A stretch of DNA of 55,367 bases from Candidatus Limnocylindria bacterium (GCA_038255505.1 JBBSLF010000003.1:1-55367); one strand, 5' to 3'. Counted from the stretch's first letter, positions 1-10,670 are shown. A program made the numbers and translations. The notes: generated by a model not told the origin, from the sequence alone.

Positions 1-2082
1 CAGATTACCCCGCACCTTCCAGTCGCTCCACTTCGCTTCCGGCTGCTCCTGGTACAGAGCCGGGTCATACAGGGTCGATCGCTCGATGTCGTGCTCCTGT
101 GGCTCGTACGCGTAGCGCCACGTCTGCCGCAGGTGTGACCGTGGCGTGGGTCGCCACGGGTCGCCGCTCCGACCGATGACCTCGAGCGGACCGAGAGCCT
201 GGGTGTCGGCCGTCAGCTCGGTTGCATCCATCCCCATCCGGTTGAAGAACTCCCAGAAGGCAACTTTCGCCTCGCGTCGGTGCCACGACAGGAGCTGGGC
301 GAGCAACCAGGAGGCCTGCTCATGTGGCGATCGCTGGCCTGGATCCACGGGCACGCCTTCGGTAAGCCGATCGGCCACCTCCTGCACTCGGGCGTTGGCC
401 TCGCTCAGCTGTGGTGGTGCTTCGGGCGACCGCGGCGCTGGCCGCGGCACGTCCTGGCCGGTCGTTGCGGCAAGCTCATCGCGACGCGCCTCGAGCCAGT
501 CACGGAGCCGCCGCGTACTGAGCACGTCGTCTCGGTTGTAGGTCTCGATCGAGGCGAGGATGGCGGAGTCGGGACGGTCAGTCTCGCCCAGCTCAAGCCA
601 CTCCTCGAACTCGACGATGCTGGATCCCGCGTCGCGCAGCCCTTCCTGACGTACGAACGCGTACAGGGGCTCCATGCGCTTAATGCTGTAGCTTTCGACG
701 GAGGCTCGCAGGCTCTGCCGAACGACGCGGAAGAGGTCGACCAGCGTGCCACCCCGAAGCAGCCGATCCACGTGCTCCTCGCGCGTCGCGTGACGGCCCA
801 TGAGGCGCTTGAGTGCGGTCGCCTCGTACGCCGCGTAGTGATAGATGTGCATATCCGGATAGCGTGTGAGCCGCTCGGTGAGCAGGTCCATCAGCCGTTC
901 GAATGCAGCCTTTTCGCCGGCCAGGGTGATCTCGTCGGTTGCGTCGGGATCAAAGGACCAGATCGGCGTGAAGGCGTCATCAATGTCGAGCACGCCGAAC
1001 AGGTAGTCGACGCCGTCGTCGAAGGCGTACGGATCTCCCTCGAGGTCCAGGAAGAGGTCGCCAGGGCTGGGCTCGGGCAAGATGGCGAGCCCGCGCTCAG
1101 GCTCGATCGGCGTGCCGGGATCAGGCAGCAGGAGTTCGTAGATGACGTCGGGTCGCAGCGGCCGGCCCTGGACCTGGATGCGCGCCTGCTCGCGAACCCG
1201 TTCCATGGAGGCGGCGCTCGAGCCATCTAGCGGCGGGTCGAACGGCAACGGTGAAGCGCCCAGTTTCACCACCGTGTCGATCTCGCGCCCCGCCAGCGCC
1301 TTGCGTTGATGGCTTGTGATGCCCGCCACGAGCGAGAGATGGTCGTCGTCGCGCCGCCGCTGTGCGCAGAGTTCCGCCCAGCGGCAGACATGGCAGTGAT
1401 CGACGGGCTCGGGATAGGTTGCGCCCGGCGGATAGACGGGCATGTTGTCGCCCAGCACCTCGTCGGTGAAGCGGCGCTTGGCGGCGCGGTAATACGCCAT
1501 GAAGTCGTCAACACGCAGTGTTGCGGTCTCGCGCGCACTGCCGCCGAGCACGACGTGCATGCGCTCGGGCCGGACACCCTGGATGCGTTCGAGCTGCTCC
1601 ACGTACGAGCACATTTGGAGTACGGCTCCGGCCTTGACGTGGCGTGCCAGCTTCGTGTCCGCGACCTCGTAATGGTACGAGCCCCAGGCTGAAGGCCGAT
1701 CGGGATCATTGACCCGCAACAGGAAGTCGGCGTAGCCGAGCCAGCGCCCGTCGAAGAAGGTCGCCTGGAAGATGACATCGGCACCCGCATCCATGGCGGC
1801 GATCGTTTCGGCGGCCTGGCGACGGACCTGATCGCCGCGGTTCTCATTGTCGTGCCGTTCGATGGTGGTGACGCTGCGATCCTCCGCGCGAAGCTCACGG
1901 AGGTAGCGCGCTTCGTGCTGGAAGCCGCGTTTGCGAATGATGTCGAGCTCGCGATCCTCGCGCATGGGCCGCTTGACGAGGCCGGCCAGTGCGGCGCGTT
2001 CGAGCGCCGTGAGGTGCTCGCAGGCCAGGTAGCCGACGAGATCGGTGGCGCTGAAGACGGAGGCCCCGTCGATGAGCTGCAT
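1..2082 (-). CDS. TM0106-family RecB-like nuclease with RNase H-like domain (C-terminus, probably a helicase, runs off the window edge)
   Basis: Not in the ORF track because it has no stop in the window. From ATG 2082 it reads MQLIDGASVFSATDLVGYLACEHLTALE, and later GYADFL..YEVADTKLA (PD-(D/E)xK-like), LFLDLEGDPY, IYHYAAYEATALKRL and WHRREAK, all typical of this family. Confidence 0.85.
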   Translation of the reverse strand, partial: MQLIDGASVFSATDLVGYLACEHLTALERAALAGLVKRPMREDRELDIIRKRGFQHEARYLRELRAEDRSVTTIERHDNENRGDQVRRQAAETIAAMDAGADVIFQATFFDGRWLGYADFLLRVNDPDRPSAWGSYHYEVADTKLARHVKAGAVLQMCSYVEQLERIQGVRPERMHVVLGGSARETATLRVDDFMAYYRAAKRRFTDEVLGDNMPVYPPGATYPEPVDHCHVCRWAELCAQRRRDDDHLSLVAGITSHQRKALAGREIDTVVKLGASPLPFDPPLDGSSAASMERVREQARIQVQGRPLRPDVIYELLLPDPGTPIEPERGLAILPEPSPGDLFLDLEGDPYAFDDGVDYLFGVLDIDDAFTPIWSFDPDATDEITLAGEKAAFERLMDLLTERLTRYPDMHIYHYAAYEATALKRLMGRHATREEHVDRLLRGGTLVDLFRVVRQSLRASVESYSIKRMEPLYAFVRQEGLRDAGSSIVEFEEWLELGETDRPDSAILASIETYNRDDVLSTRRLRDWLEARRDELAATTGQDVPRPAPRSPEAPPQLSEANARVQEVADRLTEGVPVDPGQRSPHEQASWLLAQLLSWHRREAKVAFWEFFNRMGMDATELTADTQALGPLEVIGRSGDPWRPTPRSHLRQTWRYAYEPQEHDIERSTLYDPALYQEQPEAKWSDWKVRGNL

Positions 2083-2126
2083 CGGTCAGAACATGCCGAA
2101 GCAGCGTGACAGCTCGGATGTCGAGA

Positions 2127-2945
2127 TCACGGAGATGACGAAGGCGAAGCCGATGTCGACGGCTCCTCGAGGGGATCGGGTACGCGCACGATCACCAGCG
2201 CCCAGGCACAGTCCGACTCGACCGTGACGAAGACCTGTCCGCGTACGCCCAGCGCCGCAAACGAACCCGATTGGAGCGTGCCGGGGTCGACGCCGTTGCC
2301 GATTGTCGCGCGGATGGCCGGCACCGGGGCAGCCGAACCAGCGGCCAACAGGACGGCGAACTCGCAACGGACCCGTTCGGGATCGGTCGCGATCCAGCGG
2401 ATGGCGTGATCGTCGTCACCGATCTCGATCGGGCCGTACTGCGCGCTCCCGGTCTGATCGAAGGATGCGACGTAGGGCGTGTCATCGGGACTGGCCCCGA
2501 CCGACGCCAGGAAGGCATCGGGTTCGAAGCCGGCTGCGATCCAACCTTCGGTGAACTGCGGCTCGTCAGGATCGGCGTCGGTGACGAGATACCAGCCGAC
2601 CCCCTGTACGAAGATGGGTCCCATCACCACCTGGAGCTCGGAGCCGATGGGCAGCAGGCCGGTGACCACGCTGCTGGTCGTCCCCGGACGTTGCCGAACG
2701 CGCAGCCCGTCGAGAGTCGTACGGATGCGCTCACCGGCGCTGAAGCGAGGCATCGCGGCCGCATTCGGAGTGGGATCCGGTGTCGGTGCTGCCGATGCCT
2801 CCACGGTCGGTACCGGTACCGGTGTCGGGCTCGGGCTCACCGGGAGCGTTGGCGATGAAGTCGGAGTGGGAAGCGGCGGAAGCGTGCAGCCGATCACCGC
2901 GCCGGCCAGCAGCACCACGAACATGATTCGGCGAAGAGTCCCCAC
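2127..2945 (-). CDS. Putative lipoprotein with Pro/Thr linker and SH3b-like domain
   Basis: Lipobox-like AVIGC, PT-rich linker, GLRVRQRPGT...GVGWYLV...GWIA (SH3b-like pattern); TACCCT 7 nt upstream of the GTG. Confidence 0.65.
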   Translation of the reverse strand: MGTLRRIMFVVLLAGAVIGCTLPPLPTPTSSPTLPVSPSPTPVPVPTVEASAAPTPDPTPNAAAMPRFSAGERIRTTLDGLRVRQRPGTTSSVVTGLLPIGSELQVVMGPIFVQGVGWYLVTDADPDEPQFTEGWIAAGFEPDAFLASVGASPDDTPYVASFDQTGSAQYGPIEIGDDDHAIRWIATDPERVRCEFAVLLAAGSAAPVPAIRATIGNGVDPGTLQSGSFAALGVRGQVFVTVESDCAWALVIVRVPDPLEEPSTSASPSSSP

Positions 2946-2983
2946 GCCGCAAAGGGTAGCCGCTCAGAAGCGGCCGGGTGACG

Positions 2984-3466
2984 CTACTCCTGACCGAGCA
3001 CCCTGCGCACGGACGGGGCCGATAGAACCAGCATGACGGCCGTCGGCAGAGCAAAGCCGAGCAGGAACGTCGGATGCCAGGACGCGGTCATGACCGCCAC
3101 GCCGGTACCGATGGCCACTACGACCTGGAGCAGCGCAGCGAGGGTCCAGGACCAGGGCCGGTGACGGCGAGCCCCGCGTGATGCGATCGCCGCGAAGATC
3201 GCGACACCGAATGCGGCGGCCGCGGCGAAGCGGATCATTTCCTCTGCGGCCCGCCCGACATCGCCGCCGAGGAAACCGCGCATGGCTGCGGCCAGCAGGC
3301 TCAGGAAGATGGCGAGGGCAAGCGTCGCGACGGCCTCCGATAGAAGGAGGACGCGTAGAACACCGATCATGGGTAGTCGAACGGTGTTGATGGCGGGTGG
3401 GCTGAACTCGACGCGTGCGGCGGGAGCAGCGGCGGCCTGGACGTTGGCGGTCTCGACAGCATTCAT
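2984..3466 (-). CDS. Hypothetical 4-TM membrane protein
   Basis: Four hydrophobic segments; co-oriented with the downstream lipoprotein. Confidence 0.65.
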   Translation of the reverse strand: MNAVETANVQAAAAPAARVEFSPPAINTVRLPMIGVLRVLLLSEAVATLALAIFLSLLAAAMRGFLGGDVGRAAEEMIRFAAAAAFGVAIFAAIASRGARRHRPWSWTLAALLQVVVAIGTGVAVMTASWHPTFLLGFALPTAVMLVLSAPSVRRVLGQE

Positions 3467-3582
3467 GGACGAGAGTGTCGAACGCCATGCCGTGCGCCGA
3501 TACCTACGAATGGCGGTCGTCCTCGTACGTCATATGTCGCGCACCGAGTCAGCACGGCATCGGTCGTGCTGAGAGTCCCGCC

Positions 3583-4068
3583 ATGAAGCGAGTCACGCGG
3601 CAGCCGGACCGCAGCCGCGCGCTGTCGGAGGTCCAGACGATGGCGTGGTTGCTGGACAACAGCATTCCCGTGCCGGGCACGGGCGGACGCCGTTTCGGTA
3701 TCGACGCCATCATCGGCCTGGTGCCGGTGGTCGGTGACGTCGTCAGCGGGAGCATCGGCCTCTTCGTCGTGTGGCGTGGGTCGCGCCTCGGCCTGCCGCG
3801 GATCGTCGTGGCCAGGATGCTGGCAAACACGGCGCTCGACGTCATGGTCGGTGTCATCCCGCTCGCCGGCGATGCGTTCGACCTGTGGTTCAAATCCAAC
3901 ACGCGCAACCTGAACCTGATGCGCCGATACCTTGAGCGACCCGACACGTCAACGCGCGGTGAGTGGATGGCATTCGGGGTCATGGCAGCCATCGTTCTCG
4001 CCGTGGTGCTCCTGATCGGCTGGCTCCTCGTGTCGATTTTCGGGGAGATCGTCAGTCTCTTCGGTTAG
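3583..4068 (+). CDS. DUF4112 domain membrane protein
   Basis: LLDNSIPVPG..RFGIDAIIGLVPVVGD..GDAFDLWFKSNTRN signature; start moved to ATG 3583. Confidence 0.85.
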   Translation: MKRVTRQPDRSRALSEVQTMAWLLDNSIPVPGTGGRRFGIDAIIGLVPVVGDVVSGSIGLFVVWRGSRLGLPRIVVARMLANTALDVMVGVIPLAGDAFDLWFKSNTRNLNLMRRYLERPDTSTRGEWMAFGVMAAIVLAVVLLIGWLLVSIFGEIVSLFG

Positions 4069-5033
4069 CGGTCCCGGTGGCGGGCCAAACTTCGCTCGGC
4101 GAGCTGGACGACCTCTTGACGGATGGCCTCTGGCGCGAGGACCTCGACCGCGTCCCCAAGTGCGACAAGCCGTCCGGGCACCTCCGCAGGCCAATCGATC
4201 GTGATCCTCAGCGCCTGCCAGCCGTCCGGGTTCACTTCGTCCGAGCGTGTTGCAGCGCGAACGGCCCGCCAACCCACCAGGTCGGCGAGCTGGCCAATCG
4301 CATCCGGGTGGATACGCAGCGACACTTCGACCGCCGGTACGTCGCGCTCATAGGCGGCGCTCGACTCGGCCCAGTGCGCAGCAAGGTCGAACCCCGGCGG
4401 ACGCTCGAACGCGTGCTCCGTAGCCGATGCTGACATGATTCGCGAGACGCGATAGGTACGGACCTCGCCATCGGCGCCTGCCACGACGTACCAGATCCCG
4501 CCCTTGAGAACGAGCCCCAGCGGATCAAGCGCTCGCGCCACCGGGCCACCATTGCGCCGGTAGGTGAGGGCAACCCGCCGCTCATTCCACACCGCATCCG
4601 CGAGCACGGCGAGGTGGGGGACCGCCTCCCCGGCCTGAAACCAGCCAGAAACGTCGAGGTGAAAGCGTTCGACCAATCGCGATGCCCGCGTTCGCAGCTC
4701 AGTTGGTAATGCGGCGAGGACCTTGAGACGCGCGGCTGCCATGACGGTTCCGAGTCCCAGCTCGGCCGCAGGACCCGGCATTCCGGAGAGGAAGAGCGCC
4801 TCCGCCTCGTCGCCGGTCAGACCGGTGAGCCGCGTCCGATAGCCGTCCACCAGCTGCATTCCGCCATGCGGCCCGCGCTCGGCGTAGATCGGCACGCCCG
4901 CGGAGCTCAGGGCATCGACGTCTCGGTGGATCGTGCGCTCGGAGACCTCGAGCTCCCGCGCCAGGGCAGCCGCGGTCATCCGGCCCCGGGCCTGCAGCAT
5001 GAGCAGGAGCTGAACGAGTCGTGAGGCGCGCAT
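4065..5033 (-). CDS. HTH-WYL transcriptional regulator (YafY/PafBC-like)
   Basis: N-terminal HTH (LARELEVSERTIHRDV), GPHGG, and WYL domain (DPLGLVLKGGIWYVVA..RTYRVSRI). Confidence 0.92.
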   Translation of the reverse strand: MRASRLVQLLLMLQARGRMTAAALARELEVSERTIHRDVDALSSAGVPIYAERGPHGGMQLVDGYRTRLTGLTGDEAEALFLSGMPGPAAELGLGTVMAAARLKVLAALPTELRTRASRLVERFHLDVSGWFQAGEAVPHLAVLADAVWNERRVALTYRRNGGPVARALDPLGLVLKGGIWYVVAGADGEVRTYRVSRIMSASATEHAFERPPGFDLAAHWAESSAAYERDVPAVEVSLRIHPDAIGQLADLVGWRAVRAATRSDEVNPDGWQALRITIDWPAEVPGRLVALGDAVEVLAPEAIRQEVVQLAERSLARHRDR

Positions 5034-5079
5034 GTGCTGCGCAGGATACGCACCGGACGCCGATGCGGTCGCGTCTCGC

Positions 5080-5595
5080 CTAAGGGCTGTGGAGGAAGGC
5101 GGCCACCAGGTCGAGTGCCGCGTCGAGAACCCTGTCGAGGCCGTGCCCGACGCCCTGAAACGTCACAAGCTCCGCGTCCGGCAGCCGGCGGACCGCGGAC
5201 CGCAGGAGGTCGAGGCGCGCGAACGGGTCGGACTCGCCGGACAGAAGCAGCACTGGGCTTCGAATGCGCGGCCAGTGACGGGTGCGCTCGTCCCACGCCT
5301 CCTGTCGTCCCGGCGCGTGGAGCGGGTACGACAGGAGCACCAGGCCCGCGACCTCCGCATCAGCGGCCAGTAGTGACGCGACACGGCCTCCGTACGAGTG
5401 CCCCCCGATGGCCGCGCCCGGGCCGGCGGCCGCCAGGGCGGTTGCGTATACCGGGATCGCCCGCTCGGCCCTGCCGCGCGGGAGCTCGACGAGGGAGACC
5501 GCCAGCCCACGAGCCTCGAGCCCGGAGCGGTGGGGCGCAAGCCGTTCGATCGAGCCGGAGGCGCCGGGGGCGAGCAGGAGGTGTGTGGGCGGCAT
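5080..5595 (-). CDS. Small alpha/beta hydrolase (KANL3/Tex30-like)
   Basis: GHSYGGR nucleophile elbow, YPLHAPG, GESDPF and GHG triad; start ATG 5595 with TATCCT 7 nt upstream. Confidence 0.8.
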   Translation of the reverse strand: MPPTHLLLAPGASGSIERLAPHRSGLEARGLAVSLVELPRGRAERAIPVYATALAAAGPGAAIGGHSYGGRVASLLAADAEVAGLVLLSYPLHAPGRQEAWDERTRHWPRIRSPVLLLSGESDPFARLDLLRSAVRRLPDAELVTFQGVGHGLDRVLDAALDLVAAFLHSP

Positions 5596-5672
5596 CGGCG
5601 CAAGGATAAGCGCCCGCATGGCAAGTGCCACGCTCTGATGCGCGCAGCGCCTATAAGGCGTAGCCTACTTGC

Positions 5673-6095
5673 ATGACACAGAAGATCGAGAAGTCTGAGG
5701 CCGAGTGGCGCTCGGAGCTGACGCCGGAACAGCACCGCGTCCTGCGGGAGGCTGGCACCGAGCCAGCATTCAGCGGCGCGTACTGGGATGAGCACGGCTC
5801 CGGCGTCTACCGTTGCGCCGGCTGTGGCGCCGAACTGTTCGACGCCAGCACGAAGTTCGACTCCGGATCCGGATGGCCGTCCTTCTATCAGCCGATGGAG
5901 TCCGATGCGGTCGAGACCCACACCGACCGTGCGTTTTTCATGACACGCACCGAGGTGCATTGCTCGCGCTGCGGCGGCCACCTGGGTCACATCTTTGACG
6001 ATGCTCCGGATCAGCCGACTGGGCTGCGCTACTGCATCAACTCGGCTTCGCTCAGGCTCGACAAAGCCGATGTCGAGCCGATGGAACAGGTCTAG
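5673..6095 (+). CDS. msrB: Peptide-methionine (R)-S-oxide reductase
   Basis: [41 protein letters not shown]. Confidence 0.97.
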   Translation: MTQKIEKSEAEWRSELTPEQHRVLREAGTEPAFSGAYWDEHGSGVYRCAGCGAELFDASTKFDSGSGWPSFYQPMESDAVETHTDRAFFMTRTEVHCSRCGGHLGHIFDDAPDQPTGLRYCINSASLRLDKADVEPMEQV

Positions 6096-7138
6096 CGACC
6101 GTCAGCCACGGCGCGCATCACCTTCGCTGCCGCGCGGCAGTCATCAGCGCCCACGTCAAGGTGAGTGACCGCCCGTGCGACGCGCGGGCCGAACTGATTC
6201 ACGAGCACGCCACGCTCGCGACAGCGCTCGACAAAGGTGGCCGCGTCGGGCACGCCTCGTCGCTCGACGAGTCGGAAAACGACGATGTTCGTCTGCACCG
6301 TCCTGGGGTCAAGCTCGATGTCGTCGCCACGGAGCAGCTCGTCGGCGAGCAGGCGGGCGTTGTCGTGGTCGTCTGCCAATCGTTCGATGTTGTGCGCCAG
6401 CGCATATGAGCCTGCCGCCGCCAGGATGCCGGCCTGGCGCATGGCGCCCCCCGCCATGCGGCGGTATCGGTGCGCCCGGATGATGAGCTCCGACGACCCC
6501 GCGAGCATCGAGCCGGCCGGGGCACCGAGGCCCTTCGACAGCGACATGCCGACCAGGTCGAATCCGCGTGTCAGCTCGGCGGGCTTCCGGCCGCTGGCGA
6601 TGGCCGCGTTGAGGATGCGGGCGCCATCGAGGTAAGTCGCCAGCCCGTGCTCGCGTGCGACCGTGAGCGCGTCGCGCAGCGTATCGGCGACGAGGACGAT
6701 ACCGCCGCCGCGGTTGTGGGTGTTCTCTGCCACGAGGAGGCTGGTGGGCGGATATACGAGGTGCCCGCGTGGCTTGATGGCCGTGCGGACGTCATCGGCG
6801 TCAAAGGTGCCACCGTGGCCGAGTTCGCTGAACTGAACCCCGGCGTTGGCGGCGCCGGCGCCGGTCTCGTGCAGCACGAGGTGCGAATCGGTGGGAACCA
6901 ACACGTCGTCGCCTGGGCGGGTGAGCGAGCGCAGGGCGACCTGGTTGGTCATGGTGCCGGTCGGCAGGAAGAGGGCGGCATCGGTGCCGAGCAGCCCGGC
7001 CACTTCTTCCTGGAGCCGATTGACCGATGGATCCTCCCCGTACTGGTCGTCGCCGACCTCCGCATCGGCCATGGCGCGGCGCATGGCGGGAGTGGGCAGG
7101 GTCACGGTGTCGGAGCGCAGATCGATCCGGACGGTCAT
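6092..7138 (-). CDS. ltaE: Low-specificity L-threonine aldolase
   Basis: [37 protein letters not shown] (PLP lysine), GGAMRQAG. Confidence 0.93.
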   Translation of the reverse strand: MTVRIDLRSDTVTLPTPAMRRAMADAEVGDDQYGEDPSVNRLQEEVAGLLGTDAALFLPTGTMTNQVALRSLTRPGDDVLVPTDSHLVLHETGAGAANAGVQFSELGHGGTFDADDVRTAIKPRGHLVYPPTSLLVAENTHNRGGGIVLVADTLRDALTVAREHGLATYLDGARILNAAIASGRKPAELTRGFDLVGMSLSKGLGAPAGSMLAGSSELIIRAHRYRRMAGGAMRQAGILAAAGSYALAHNIERLADDHDNARLLADELLRGDDIELDPRTVQTNIVVFRLVERRGVPDAATFVERCRERGVLVNQFGPRVARAVTHLDVGADDCRAAAKVMRAVADGR

Positions 7139-7169
7139 GCCCGCGATGATACCGGGAGCGTGTTCGCCG

Positions 7170-7601
7170 TCAGCGGGTCAGGAGCCGGCCGCCGGGGCGC
7201 CGTAACCGTCGCCGCTGCACGAGCACGCCGAATGGAACGCCATCGGGATGAAGGGCCGTGGGTACCCCACGAATCCACTCGGCAGCCGCCTCGAGGTCCT
7301 CGACACAGAACGGCTTGGCCAGGACCGCGACGCCCGGTCCCGAGATGAGCTCCATCGGCATCGAGACCAGGAGTTGGCCGGTGCAGACGAGCACCCGGGG
7401 CAGCGTCAGCAGCTCCGTACGGATCGGCGGGGGAAGTGCGAGCAGCTGCGTGCCGTCGATGATGAGGGCCTCGGGCCGCTGCCCGAGGGCCAGGCGTGAC
7501 TCCAGCTCGTCCGGAGCGATCACCTCGGCGTCCGGCAGCAGCTCCCTCCACAGGAGCCTGATTCCGGCTTCGCGATCACTGACCCAGGTCATCCCCGCCA
7601 T
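7170..7601 (-). CDS. Hypothetical receiver-like (degenerate CheY-fold) protein
   Basis: EALIID...VLVCTG...[11 protein letters not shown] matches receiver beta3-Asp, Thr and KPF positions. Confidence 0.55.
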   Translation of the reverse strand: MAGMTWVSDREAGIRLLWRELLPDAEVIAPDELESRLALGQRPEALIIDGTQLLALPPPIRTELLTLPRVLVCTGQLLVSMPMELISGPGVAVLAKPFCVEDLEAAAEWIRGVPTALHPDGVPFGVLVQRRRLRRPGGRLLTR

Positions 7602-7640
7602 GACCGGTCCCTCAGCAAGGCCGATGCCGGAATCGACCGG

Positions 7641-8999
7641 TCACGATTGGTGCGCTCCGACTTCTGCGGCCATTTCTCCGAAGATTTGCGTATGCCGATC
7701 GATGTCGGCCACGGTAGCCTGCGGTGCCACGAGCGCCATGTTGTGGAATGGGGTCAGGAGTACGCCGCGATTCAGGGCATACAGGTGGGTGAATCGCTGG
7801 AGCTCGAAGTCATCCATCGCCGCCGCCTGTGCGCCGGTGCGAGGTCGATCAGGCCCGAACAGGTACTCCGCACGGCAGCCCAGGCGCGTCACGTGCCACG
7901 GCAGCGCGGACGCATCGATGGCGGACTGCACGCCGCTCGTCCATCGTTCGGCCAGCGGAATGGTGTGGCCGAAGGCCTCCGCCGTCAGGGCTGACTCGAG
8001 CGTGGCGCGCATGGCGGCCATGCTGAGGGCATTTCCCGCCAACGTCCCGCCGATCCCACCCACGTCACAATGCTCCAGCTCGATCTCGCGTGCGATGCGC
8101 TCGGCGACGTCGGCGGTGAACCCATAGGTCCCGGCAGGGATACCGCCCGCGATGGCCTTGCCGATGACGAGCATGTCCGGCTGGAGGCTCGCCTCCCGCG
8201 TGTACCCGCCGGGTCCGGCACAGATGGTGTGGGTCTCGTCGATGATGAGCAGGGTCCCGTGCTTCCGCGTCAGGTTGCGCAGAGCATCGTGGTAGCCCGG
8301 ATCCGGCTCGACAATGCCGATGTTCGTCATCACCGGCTCGGCAAGGACCGCGGCCACGTCGTCGTGCGCCAGCGCGGCCTCCAGAGCGTCGAGGTCGTTC
8401 CACGCCACCACGCGCGTGGTCACGGCCGGATCTACGGGCGGACCCAGATTGCCTTCGCGCGCCACGCCCTCTTCATCGCGCAGACTGATGAAGGCCTCAT
8501 CAACGGTTCCGTGATAGCAATAGTCGTAGACGATGACCTTCGGGCGATGCGTGACCTGGCGCGCCAGGCGAAGGGCGAAGCGGTTGGCATCGGTTGCGGT
8601 CAGCGTGAACTGCCAGAAGGGGAGCGCGAACCGGCGCTGCAGCTCCTCGCCGACCCAGACGGCATCCTCCGTCGGTAGCATGAACGTGAGGCCACGGGTC
8701 ACCTGGCGCTGGATGGCCGCGACGGTGGCAGCGGGGGAATGCCCGGTCATGGCACCGGTGTCCCCCAGGCATAGGTCCACGTATTCGTGCCCGTCCACGC
8801 ACGAGAAGCGGCCGCCGCGAGCGTCGGCGACGAAGGGTGGGAACGCACCCGGCCACTTGCTCATCCAGTTCATCGGCACGCCGCCGAGCAGGGAGAGTCG
8901 CGCTCGTTCGAATAGCACCGCGGAGCGGGGATGCGCATCGCTGAACCGATGCTGCTCGCGCGCCATCACGCTTGCCAGCCAGGACCGATCGATCGCCAT
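7641..8999 (-). CDS. Class III aminotransferase (GSA aminomutase-like, not canonical HemL)
   Basis: DGHEYVDLCLG, CYHG, LAEP, LIIDETHT, IGKAIAGGIP, GTLAGN; start ATG 8999 after GAGG. Confidence 0.88.
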   Translation of the reverse strand: MAIDRSWLASVMAREQHRFSDAHPRSAVLFERARLSLLGGVPMNWMSKWPGAFPPFVADARGGRFSCVDGHEYVDLCLGDTGAMTGHSPAATVAAIQRQVTRGLTFMLPTEDAVWVGEELQRRFALPFWQFTLTATDANRFALRLARQVTHRPKVIVYDYCYHGTVDEAFISLRDEEGVAREGNLGPPVDPAVTTRVVAWNDLDALEAALAHDDVAAVLAEPVMTNIGIVEPDPGYHDALRNLTRKHGTLLIIDETHTICAGPGGYTREASLQPDMLVIGKAIAGGIPAGTYGFTADVAERIAREIELEHCDVGGIGGTLAGNALSMAAMRATLESALTAEAFGHTIPLAERWTSGVQSAIDASALPWHVTRLGCRAEYLFGPDRPRTGAQAAAMDDFELQRFTHLYALNRGVLLTPFHNMALVAPQATVADIDRHTQIFGEMAAEVGAHQS

Positions 9000-9101
9000 C
9001 AGAAGAGACCTCCGCGCATGCCCGTGCCGATGGCCTGCATTGTGCATCGCGGATGGCCCTTCGTACGATCGTCATCGTTTTGCGTTCTACTTACAGGACC
9101 G

Positions 9102-10670
9102 ATGAATAGCAGCTTCACTTCCGAACCACCCTCGCGTGTCCGCCCAACGCGACGCGCCGCTGTCGTCGCCGGCATTGCCGCCGGGGCGGCCGCCCTCGGC
9201 ATTGCCGAGCTGCTGGCGGGCGTCCTGCCGGGCGCATCAAGCCCGATTATCGCGATCGGCGACACGGTCATCGCGCTCCAGCCGCCGGGCGCCAAGCAGT
9301 TCGTCGTCGAGCTGTTCGGCGAAGCTGATAAACTGTTGCTCACCCTCTTCATCGCCACCGTTGCGCTTGGTGCGGCCGCGGCACTCGGAATCGTGGCGCG
9401 CGACCGACCCGGCGTAGCGCGGATCGGGTTTGCCGCCTTCGGACTGCTCGCGCTTGCTGCCAGCTTTCGCGATCCCCTCACTGAGCCGCTCACCAGCTTC
9501 CTCGTGGCCGCCGCCGCGGTCGGAGTGTCGATCGCGGTGCTGAGCTGGTTGATGCGCCTGGCGGTCGAGCGAGCCACTCCGGCCGTGGCCGAGATGCCTG
9601 CGTGGGGACGCCGTCGATTCATCGGCAGCTCGATTGCCGTCATCGGCCTCGCCGCCGGCAGCGGTATCCTCGGCCGCACGCTCCTTGAGCGAGGCCGGCT
9701 GAACGCTGTCGCACAGGTGGGCGACGTACCGGCCCCGGTCGCCAGCGCGTCCCCGCCGCCGACCGGGGCCGTGCTGGACATTCCAGGCGTGAGCGAGCTC
9801 GTCACGCCGAACACCGAGTTCTACCGGATCGATACCGCGCTGATCGTGCCGCGGCCGAATCTGGACACGTGGCGACTCAGCGTGACTGGCATGGTGGATC
9901 GCCCCTTCGAACTCACCTATGACGAACTCACAGCAATGCCGCTGCACGACCAGTACGTGACCATCGCCTGCGTCAGCAACGAGGTGGGTGGCAATCTCGT
10001 CGGCAATGCTCTGTGGCGCGGCGTGCGCCTCAAGGAGCTTCTGGAGCGTGCCGGCGTGCAGTCGAGCGCGACACAGATCGTGGGACGAGCAGTCGATGGC
10101 TTCACCGCCGGCTTTCCGACGGTCTGGGCACTTGCCGATGAGCGCGAAGCCCTCGTGGCTGTCGCCATGAACGGCGAGCCCCTGCCGGCCGACCACGGAT
10201 TCCCGGCCCGCCTGATCGTACCGGGCCTGTTCGGCTACGTCAGTGCCACCAAGTGGCTTGCGGAGATCGAGCTGACGACTCTGGAGGGGTTTGATGCCTA
10301 CTGGGTACCGCTGGGTTGGTCCAAGGAAGGACCCATCCTGACCCAGTCACGCATGGACGTTCCTCGTGATGGTGCGCGCCTCGATGCGGGTACGGTCGCC
10401 GTGGCAGGCGTGGCCTGGGCGCCGGATCGGGGCATCAGCGGCGTCGAGGTGCAGGTTGACGAAGAGGGATGGGTTGCGGCCGAACTCAGCGTTCCCATTT
10501 CCGACGCGACCTGGGTCCAATTCGTCCACCGCTGGGACGCGAGTCCCGGTGACCATCTGCTCCGGGTGAGAGCCATCAACGGGGACGGCGAAGTGCAGAC
10601 CGATGAACGGACCCGGCCCGCGCCAGACGGCGCGCGCGGCCATCACACGATCCGGGTATCCGTCACCTAG
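9102..10670 (+). CDS. Membrane-anchored molybdopterin oxidoreductase (sulfite oxidase family)
   Basis: N-terminal TM helices, RRRF motif, FYRIDTAL, IACVSN (Mo-Cys), GEPLPADHGFPARL, TKWL and a C-terminal Ig-like domain. Confidence 0.9.
   Translation: MNSSFTSEPPSRVRPTRRAAVVAGIAAGAAALGIAELLAGVLPGASSPIIAIGDTVIALQPPGAKQFVVELFGEADKLLLTLFIATVALGAAAALGIVARDRPGVARIGFAAFGLLALAASFRDPLTEPLTSFLVAAAAVGVSIAVLSWLMRLAVERATPAVAEMPAWGRRRFIGSSIAVIGLAAGSGILGRTLLERGRLNAVAQVGDVPAPVASASPPPTGAVLDIPGVSELVTPNTEFYRIDTALIVPRPNLDTWRLSVTGMVDRPFELTYDELTAMPLHDQYVTIACVSNEVGGNLVGNALWRGVRLKELLERAGVQSSATQIVGRAVDGFTAGFPTVWALADEREALVAVAMNGEPLPADHGFPARLIVPGLFGYVSATKWLAEIELTTLEGFDAYWVPLGWSKEGPILTQSRMDVPRDGARLDAGTVAVAGVAWAPDRGISGVEVQVDEEGWVAAELSVPISDATWVQFVHRWDASPGDHLLRVRAINGDGEVQTDERTRPAPDGARGHHTIRVSVT

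Noticed and set aside
4065-5033. WYL regulator as a marker of a defence island
   Set aside because: It is the common YafY-type regulator among housekeeping genes, with no recognisable defence genes adjacent.
7641-8999. hemL assignment
   Set aside because: Lacks the canonical HemL PGGVNSPVRA and SGTEA motifs, and no hem genes are nearby.
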